Below, piece by piece: positions 36,035 through 41,561 of a DNA stretch of 41,561 nt. Both the position numbers and the translations under genes were made by a program. The DNA is from a virus. Lineage: Duplodnaviria > Caudoviricetes. Under the pieces are notes generated by a model. It worked only from the letters and a program-made list of their open reading frames with translations, was not told the origin of the DNA and did not search any database. Where the stretch lies: positions 1-41,561 of the IMG/VR virus record IMGVR_UViG_3300033067_001666; one strand, written 5' to 3'. Position 1 is the first letter of the stretch. The number at the start of each line of letters is the position of its first letter.

Positions 36035-36814
36035 ATGACCGACACCCAACCCGACCTCAACCAAGCGCTAGCCGTCACCAAACCCGGCAACAGCGTCGCC
36101 AAGCTCAGCCCGAAACAAGCCATCAAGAACACCGTCGAAGTCAACAAGCGAGAGATCGAGAACGCCCTACCAGCCGGGTACGTCGGCGGCCCCGAACGCT
36201 TCGCCCGCACCGTCCTCACCTGCGTCGCCCGCGACCCCAACCTGCTCAAGTGCTCCCCGCAATCCATCATCGGCGCCGCCATGCAAGCCGCACAGCTCGG
36301 GCTCACCCCCGGCGTGCTGGGCGAGGCATGGCTCATCCCGTACGGCGGTGAATGCACCTTCCAACTCGGCTACAAGGGACTCGTAGCGCTCGCCTCGCGC
36401 GCCGGGGTCACCATCCAAGCGCACACCGTCTACGAGCGAGACGACTTCGACTACGAGCTCGGGCTCGAACCCACCCTCCGCCACAAGCCCGCAACCGGCG
36501 ACCGAGGCAAAGGCGTCTACTGGTACGCCGTCGCACGCGACCGCGACACCGGGCACCCCCTCGGGTTCGCTGTGCTCGACCGCCACCAGGTCGACAAGCG
36601 CCGCAAAGCCAACCGGGGCAAGTCGCCCGCCTGGGACCAGTGGTACGACGAGATGGCCCTCAGCAAGGCCGTGCGGGAGGTGTGCCGGCTTCTCCCGCTC
36701 ACCGTCGAGATGTCCAGCGCCCTCGTGTCCGACGGGGCCGTACGCACCGAGATCGACGCCCAGCCCGACGAGATCATCGCCGACGACTACATCGACGCAG
36801 AGGTCGTCGAATGA
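36035..36814 (+). CDS. recT: RecT single-strand annealing protein
   Basis: LLKC.PQSI..AAQLGL..LGEAWLIPY..FQLGYKG..SPAW..EMA.K. Confidence 0.93.
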   Translation: MTDTQPDLNQALAVTKPGNSVAKLSPKQAIKNTVEVNKREIENALPAGYVGGPERFARTVLTCVARDPNLLKCSPQSIIGAAMQAAQLGLTPGVLGEAWLIPYGGECTFQLGYKGLVALASRAGVTIQAHTVYERDDFDYELGLEPTLRHKPATGDRGKGVYWYAVARDRDTGHPLGFAVLDRHQVDKRRKANRGKSPAWDQWYDEMALSKAVREVCRLLPLTVEMSSALVSDGAVRTEIDAQPDEIIADDYIDAEVVE

Positions 36815-36957
36815 GCGTTACCCGGCGCCCGTTCTTATCGCCTGCGCGCTGCTGCATCTGCGGGTTCCGCATCGCCGCCATGCAGCCCGTTCACTCCACC
36901 GTCGCCCGGGACAAGTACCGCACCCTGCTCGTCGCCCACAAGGACTGCGCCTCATGA
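36811..36957 (+). CDS. small Zn-finger protein
   Basis: RCCICG..HKDC; ATGA coupling. Confidence 0.5.
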   Translation: MSVTRRPFLSPARCCICGFRIAAMQPVHSTVARDKYRTLLVAHKDCAS

Positions 36958-37214
36958 CCGTCCAGCCCGACCCCGCCATCGTCCGCGCTCTGCTCGCCAA
37001 ACACCACGACGGCGACCAGCCCACAGCCTGCGAAACCTGCGTCCTCGCCGACGCGCTCACCAGCGAACAACACGCCACCCACGACTACGCCGCCGAAACC
37101 CGCCGGCTCCGCCAACGCCTCAACACATGGGCCGAAGCAGTCACCCCCGAGCTCGGCTACTCCGGCCACCACATCCAACACATGATCACCAGCATCCTCG
37201 AGGCCACCCAATGA
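36954..37214 (+). CDS. hypothetical protein
   Basis: ATGA coupling; CETC. Confidence 0.55.
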   Translation: MTVQPDPAIVRALLAKHHDGDQPTACETCVLADALTSEQHATHDYAAETRRLRQRLNTWAEAVTPELGYSGHHIQHMITSILEATQ

Positions 37215-37438
37215 GCGGGCTCTACCCCGACCACACCGGCGGCCTCACATTCGGCGGCCAGCAGTTCCACAACCCCGCCAAACGCCCCGCCGGCAACCGG
37301 TGCATCGGCTGCAACCGGCAGAAAGACAAAGCCGCCCGCCCCGGGCTCTGCGCCGCCTGTAGGGACAGCCGAGACCTCCAAGCCCGCTGGGCGAGAGAAG
37401 ACGCCGCAGAAGCCCTCCAGGCCGACGACAGCCAATAG
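37211..37438 (+). CDS. small Zn-finger protein
   Basis: RCIGC..LCAAC. Confidence 0.55.
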   Translation: MSGLYPDHTGGLTFGGQQFHNPAKRPAGNRCIGCNRQKDKAARPGLCAACRDSRDLQARWAREDAAEALQADDSQ

Positions 37439-37503
37439 CCCCCCACACACCAGCCACGGACGGCGGAGCGGGCCACGGACGGCCCTCAGCGGAAAGCACG
37501 AAC

Positions 37504-38664
37504 ATGAACAGCTACACCCCCGAACTCGCCGACCTCATGGAACACGAGCGAGTCATCGAACAGGGGCTCACCACGTTCATCGACGTCGGCAACGCCCTCG
37601 TCGCCATCCGAGATGGCAAAAAGTACCGCGCAGCCGGACACGCCACCTTCGACGACTACTGCCGTGGGCGCTGGCAGTTCAGCCAGCAGTACGCCGGAAA
37701 CCTGATGCGCGCAGCGTCTGCGGTCGCCGTTCTCGAGGCCGAAAGTGAAACGACAGTTTCAGTTCTGCCGACGGCCGAGACTCAGGTCCGCCCGCTGGCC
37801 CGCCTGCGTGACGACCCCGACGAGATGCGCGCCGCATGGGCCGAAGCAGTCGAACGCGCCGACGGCAACGTCCCCACAGAAGCCATCGTCCGAGAAGTCG
37901 TCGCCGAACGCGCCGCCCCCGCCATCACCCAACCCATCCGCCCCGAAATCATCACCCCAACACCCGCACCACGACCCGCCGAACCCGTCCGCCCCCCAGT
38001 CATCAAACCCAACCTCGGACACGGCATCAGCCACCCCGCCCGCTACAGCGACGAACTCATCCCCGTCTTCGCCGACCTCCTCGAACCCAGCAGCCACCTA
38101 CTCGACCCCTTCGCCGGCACCGGCAAAATCCACCAACTCCAACACCACGGCCACACCACCATCGGCATCGAAATCGAACCCGAATGGGCCGACCTCCACC
38201 CAGACACCATCACCGGATCAGCGCTCGACCTCCCATTCAACGACCGCACCTTCGACGCCATCGTCACCTCACCCACCTACGGCAACCGGCTCGCCGACAG
38301 CCACAACGCCAGCGACCCCCACCTACGCCGCAGCTACACCCACGACCTCGGCCGCCAACTCAACGACGACAACAGCGGCAGCCTCCAATGGGGCGACGCC
38401 TACCGCACCTTCCACAAACGAGCCTGGGCCGAAGCCGTACGCGTCCTCAAAGTCGACGGCATTTTCCTGCTCAACATCAAAGACCACATCCGCAACGGCC
38501 GATGGGTCGACGTCGCAGGCTGGCACGTAGGCGCCCTCACCGACCTCGGACTCAACGTCGAAGCAATCCGCCCCGTCATCACCGGCCACCTCCGCCAAGG
38601 CGCCAACAGCGAACTACGCGTCCCCGCCGAGCTCATCATCTCGCTCCGGAAGGTGACCGCATGA
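37504..38664 (+). CDS. DNA amino-methyltransferase fused to an N-terminal helical domain
   Basis: HPARY, DPFAGTG (motif I), IGIEIE, IVTSPTY (motif IV variant); N-terminal VGNALVAIRD..Y..TFDDYC..W domain and Pro linker. Confidence 0.85.
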   Translation: MNSYTPELADLMEHERVIEQGLTTFIDVGNALVAIRDGKKYRAAGHATFDDYCRGRWQFSQQYAGNLMRAASAVAVLEAESETTVSVLPTAETQVRPLARLRDDPDEMRAAWAEAVERADGNVPTEAIVREVVAERAAPAITQPIRPEIITPTPAPRPAEPVRPPVIKPNLGHGISHPARYSDELIPVFADLLEPSSHLLDPFAGTGKIHQLQHHGHTTIGIEIEPEWADLHPDTITGSALDLPFNDRTFDAIVTSPTYGNRLADSHNASDPHLRRSYTHDLGRQLNDDNSGSLQWGDAYRTFHKRAWAEAVRVLKVDGIFLLNIKDHIRNGRWVDVAGWHVGALTDLGLNVEAIRPVITGHLRQGANSELRVPAELIISLRKVTA

Positions 38665-39089
38665 ACTTCCAAGCAGCCGCCTCCCAACAAGGCGCCATGT
38701 TCGACCATCAATGCCGCTACCTCCTCACCGACGCCGGCTGGGACACCTCACCCCGACCCCTGTTCGTCCCCGACGCAGGCGTCGAAATCGACTGCACCGC
38801 CCGCAAAGACGACCTCGCCGTCTGGATCGAATTCAAAGGATCGTGGCGCGGCGAACAACCAGGCATGCGCCGCACCGACACCACCAAGAAAGCGATCGTC
38901 AGCGGCTACCTCCTCCGCTCAGCCGGCTACACAACCCCCTACGTCGTCATCACCAGCCACCTGCCCGCCGCCAACAGCGCAGGCGACACAATGGTCCGCC
39001 TCGCCGTCGAAAACGGGGCCGTAGCCGCAGTCATCTGCATCAACGACCAAGGCTGGGCCAAAGCCCTCGAGCAAGCAGCACGGCGATGA
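38661..39089 (+). CDS. PD-(D/E)XK nuclease, restriction-endonuclease-like
   Basis: VEIDC..WIEFKG..PGMRRTDTTKKA; ATGA coupling to the MTase. Confidence 0.65.
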   Translation: MNFQAAASQQGAMFDHQCRYLLTDAGWDTSPRPLFVPDAGVEIDCTARKDDLAVWIEFKGSWRGEQPGMRRTDTTKKAIVSGYLLRSAGYTTPYVVITSHLPAANSAGDTMVRLAVENGAVAAVICINDQGWAKALEQAARR

Positions 39090-39304
39090 CAACAACCACG
39101 GCGGAACACATCCCCGGCCTCTGGATGCAAGTCCGATGCCCCACCTGCGACGGGCCCGTACACGTCACCAACCCCGGCGGCACCAACGGTCGCGAGACCA
39201 AGGCGATCGTCCGCTGCCCCCAACACGGGCACGGCGAATGGCTCATCACCTGCCGCATCACCCCCATGATCGAACGCGTCGGATACCAAGGGCCGGTCGA
39301 ATGA
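39086..39304 (+). CDS. Zn-ribbon protein
   Basis: RCPTC..RCPQH. Confidence 0.55.
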   Translation: MTTTTAEHIPGLWMQVRCPTCDGPVHVTNPGGTNGRETKAIVRCPQHGHGEWLITCRITPMIERVGYQGPVE

Positions 39305-40077
39305 GCGGGTGGATCAACCTCGCCACCACGTTCCCACGGCACCCCAAGGCGCTCGCCGCCGGGCCTGCCGCACGGCACCTGTTCATCGTCGGGTTGTGCT
39401 GGGCCGGCGAGTACGACACAGACGGCGCCATCCCCGGCTACGTCCTCAACTCCCTCGCCATCGACGCCGGCATAGCTGCCGATGACGTCGGCCAGACAGC
39501 CGACCGGCTCGTCGAGGTGGGCCTGTGGGTGCGTAACGCGGACGGATGGCAGGTCCACGACTGGGGCCAGTGGCAATCAACTTCCGCTGAACGCGAGGAG
39601 CGGCGGAGCAAGAACCGTGAGCGGCAGGCTGCGTGGCGCGCCCGGCAGCAGGCGAAAGCGGCAAACCAGCAGGTCGGAGATGGTGCAGAGGCCCCTGACG
39701 GCACCCTCAACGGTCACGACGTTAGCGACGCGTCGCGTAACGCGTTAGTCACTGCCCCTAAGTCAAAGTCAAAGTCAACTCCTAAGGATCTATCTACTAG
39801 TCCTCTGGTCCCTTTAACAGGAACGCCGTTCGGCTCGGGGACTGACGGATCTATCCGGACAGCAACAACCGACCAACGAATCACCGCCACCTTCGACGCC
39901 TGGCTCGACCGACAAGCAGCAACCCAAGGCATCCCCGAAGGCCGACGCCGGCAGGGCTACATCCAGCAAGCCCAACGCACCATCGACCAACACTGGCCCG
40001 CCCTCAAAGCCCTCGCCCAAGCCAACCCCACAGCCACCCCCGACACCCTCGCCGAGCTCTACCGAAAGAAGCCATGA
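39301..40077 (+). CDS. phage replication initiator / replisome organiser
   Basis: W..L...F.RHPK..LCW..TDG.IP..LVEVGLW..GWQVHDW, charged helix, low-complexity linker. Confidence 0.75.
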   Translation: MSGWINLATTFPRHPKALAAGPAARHLFIVGLCWAGEYDTDGAIPGYVLNSLAIDAGIAADDVGQTADRLVEVGLWVRNADGWQVHDWGQWQSTSAEREERRSKNRERQAAWRARQQAKAANQQVGDGAEAPDGTLNGHDVSDASRNALVTAPKSKSKSTPKDLSTSPLVPLTGTPFGSGTDGSIRTATTDQRITATFDAWLDRQAATQGIPEGRRRQGYIQQAQRTIDQHWPALKALAQANPTATPDTLAELYRKKP

Positions 40078-40367
40078 GCTACCGAGTCACCATCCACAGC
40101 TCCGCACCCACCGGTCACCACGGCACAGCCAAAACCGTCAGCTACGAACACCGAGCCGGCGCAGAGGCATACGCCCGCACCGCCCGCGAGGAAGACCCCG
40201 GTGCAACCGTCCGAGTCGACGGCCAACACGAAGAGGCGCCCGTCACCCTCGAACGAGCACGCGAGTGGATGGCACACATCAACGCCATCTGGGCAGCAGC
40301 CCCCCAATTCACCGACCACAACCACCACGGCGGCGCAGCACGATGCCCCGTGTGCTCACGCGTCTGA
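40074..40367 (+). CDS. hypothetical protein
   Basis: ATGA coupling; C-terminal CPVC. Confidence 0.55.
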   Translation: MSYRVTIHSSAPTGHHGTAKTVSYEHRAGAEAYARTAREEDPGATVRVDGQHEEAPVTLERAREWMAHINAIWAAAPQFTDHNHHGGAARCPVCSRV

Positions 40368-40414
40368 CCTTGGTCACTGTGCCCTCAACGGCGAGCGCAG
40401 TACGATCGAAGCCC

Positions 40415-40534
40415 ATGACGACAGCCCTCCTGTACGCCGCCGCAGCGACAGCCCTCGTCGCCTGGCCGATTCGCTGGGGTCTGATCCGAGCCCTTCACCA
40501 CCACCCCGCCAACAAGCGGCGATCCCGCCGATAG
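40415..40534 (+). CDS. small membrane peptide
   Basis: MTTALLYAAAATALVAWPIRW + basic tail. Confidence 0.4.
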   Translation: MTTALLYAAAATALVAWPIRWGLIRALHHHPANKRRSRR

Positions 40535-40721
40535 GGCAACCCATGCCGACTGTGCGCACATCGACCACCCAGAGTCGTACAATGAGCGCAGTCGGGTTGC
40601 AGGCGGTTGCCTCAGAGGTGCGGGCGGCGGCGTGGCGCCCCCTCAGAGGCCCGTGGGCAACGGGCCGCCTGCAACCCGACACCCAACCCCTAACGAACGG
40701 AAGCAGGTAGCGGCGGTGGCG

Positions 40722-40946
40722 ATGAGCAGCATGGAGATCACAGCCCCAGGCAAACTGTTCGGGCTCATCATCGCCATGGTGCTGTGCTTCGCCAGCATCC
40801 TGGCCGGACAACTCGGATTCGGCGACACCCCCGACATCATCCCCGGCGTCCTCTTCGGCATCATCGGCTACCTACTCGGCAACGGCGTAGGCGCCCGCAC
40901 TGGCCAACCCACCGCCCCCGTCATCGGCCCCAAGATCGAGGGATAG
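40722..40946 (+). CDS. two-TM protein, holin candidate
   Basis: LFGLIIAMVLCFASILAG and IIPGVLFGIIGYLLGNG helices. Confidence 0.55.
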   Translation: MSSMEITAPGKLFGLIIAMVLCFASILAGQLGFGDTPDIIPGVLFGIIGYLLGNGVGARTGQPTAPVIGPKIEG

Positions 40947-40951
40947 CCCGA

Positions 40952-41071
40952 ATGAACCTGCTGTTCGGGGTAGCCATGTTCGCAGCGTTCGGGCTGTTCA
41001 TCGTCGCCGTAACCTGGGCGGCCTGCTACATGGTCGCCAAAGCAGACCGTGCCGGACGGGAGAACCAGTGA
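40952..41071 (+). CDS. small single-TM protein
   Basis: MNLLFGVAMFAAFGLFIVAVTW..; GAGGG RBS. Confidence 0.5.
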   Translation: MNLLFGVAMFAAFGLFIVAVTWAACYMVAKADRAGRENQ

Positions 41072-41157
41072 TCGCCTACCTCGTCGAATGGTGGAGCACC
41101 TTCCTCGTGTTCGCTCACGTCCACGGCCCCGGCATCCTGTTCACGTTCACCATCTGA
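41068..41157 (+). CDS. possible 29-aa hydrophobic peptide
   Basis: GGAG RBS, GTGA coupling; VIAYLVEWWSTFLVFAH.. Confidence 0.4.
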   Translation: MIAYLVEWWSTFLVFAHVHGPGILFTFTI

Positions 41158-41161
41158 GCCC

Positions 41162-41561
41162 GTGAACACCGACCTGAGGGACAGGGGCCGGCCGTGGGGC
41201 CGCACCGTGCTCGCCGCCTACGAACGCGACAGCTGGACCTGCCGGCGCTGCCACAGGCCCGTGCACCTCACCCGCACCTGCCCTCGCCGTGGCTGCGACC
41301 TGTGCGCCCACGGCGACCACGTGGTGGGGGTGGCAGCAGCACGGGCGATGGGCTGGTCTCGAGCGCAGGTCAACGAGCTCGACAACGTGATCGCCTCATG
41401 CCGTCGCTGCAACCTCACCAGGGCAGCTCAGCAACGGAGCCATGCGAGGCGCCTGGCCGCCCGCCGCAGGGTACAGGGGGGGGTACCAGGCGTACGGGTG
41501 GGGGTACACGCCCTCGATGGCCCCGGGGGGGCCGAAAAGTCTGACCAGGACCCTGGGAGAC
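41162..41561 (+). CDS. HNH endonuclease (no stop before window end; absent from ORF track)
   Basis: manual translation: ERDSWTCRRC..GDHVV..DNVIASCRRCN; frame open to the last base. Confidence 0.8.
   Translation, partial: MNTDLRDRGRPWGRTVLAAYERDSWTCRRCHRPVHLTRTCPRRGCDLCAHGDHVVGVAAARAMGWSRAQVNELDNVIASCRRCNLTRAAQQRSHARRLAARRRVQGGVPGVRVGVHALDGPGGAEKSDQDPGR
41476..41561. other. probable packaging (cos-like) region continuing into position 1
   Basis: G-runs, CCCCGGGGGGG and GAAAAGT at the end, CTCTCTCT near position 10; lies between HNH and terS. Confidence 0.45.

Noticed and set aside
1-41561. tRNA, rRNA or other structured RNA genes
   Set aside because: None recognised by eye in the intergenic gaps; a tRNAscan/Infernal run would be needed to exclude them.

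Overview
The window looks like one essentially complete, high-GC temperate siphovirus genome of an actinobacterial host (WhiB, actinophage-type TerS and resolvase), opened at or near the packaging site. Order: HNH, TerS/TerL, HK97-type portal, protease and capsid, head-tail genes, tail tube, tail chaperone with a -1 frameshift, tape measure, minor tail proteins, amidase endolysin, DNA methyltransferase, probable attP, DUF5131, tyrosine integrase, repressor and Xis-like switch, early genes (pentapeptide protein, LPXTG surface protein, resolvase), then WhiB, YqaJ/RecT, an MTase + PD-(D/E)XK nuclease pair, a replication initiator, small membrane genes and a terminal HNH. The most unusual feature is an intact ~5.1 kb, 10-gene reverse-strand operon (27068-32193) inside the early region. 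It encodes a membrane-anchored FtsK/SpoIIIE-type translocase, a transglycosylase + M15 peptidase wall hydrolase, a membrane-anchored HNH nuclease, several small membrane proteins and two small DNA-binding candidates. This resembles an actinomycete Tra/Spd-type DNA-transfer module carried by a phage, with no relaxase, RepSA or T4SS. All product calls come from motifs read by eye; no database search was run.
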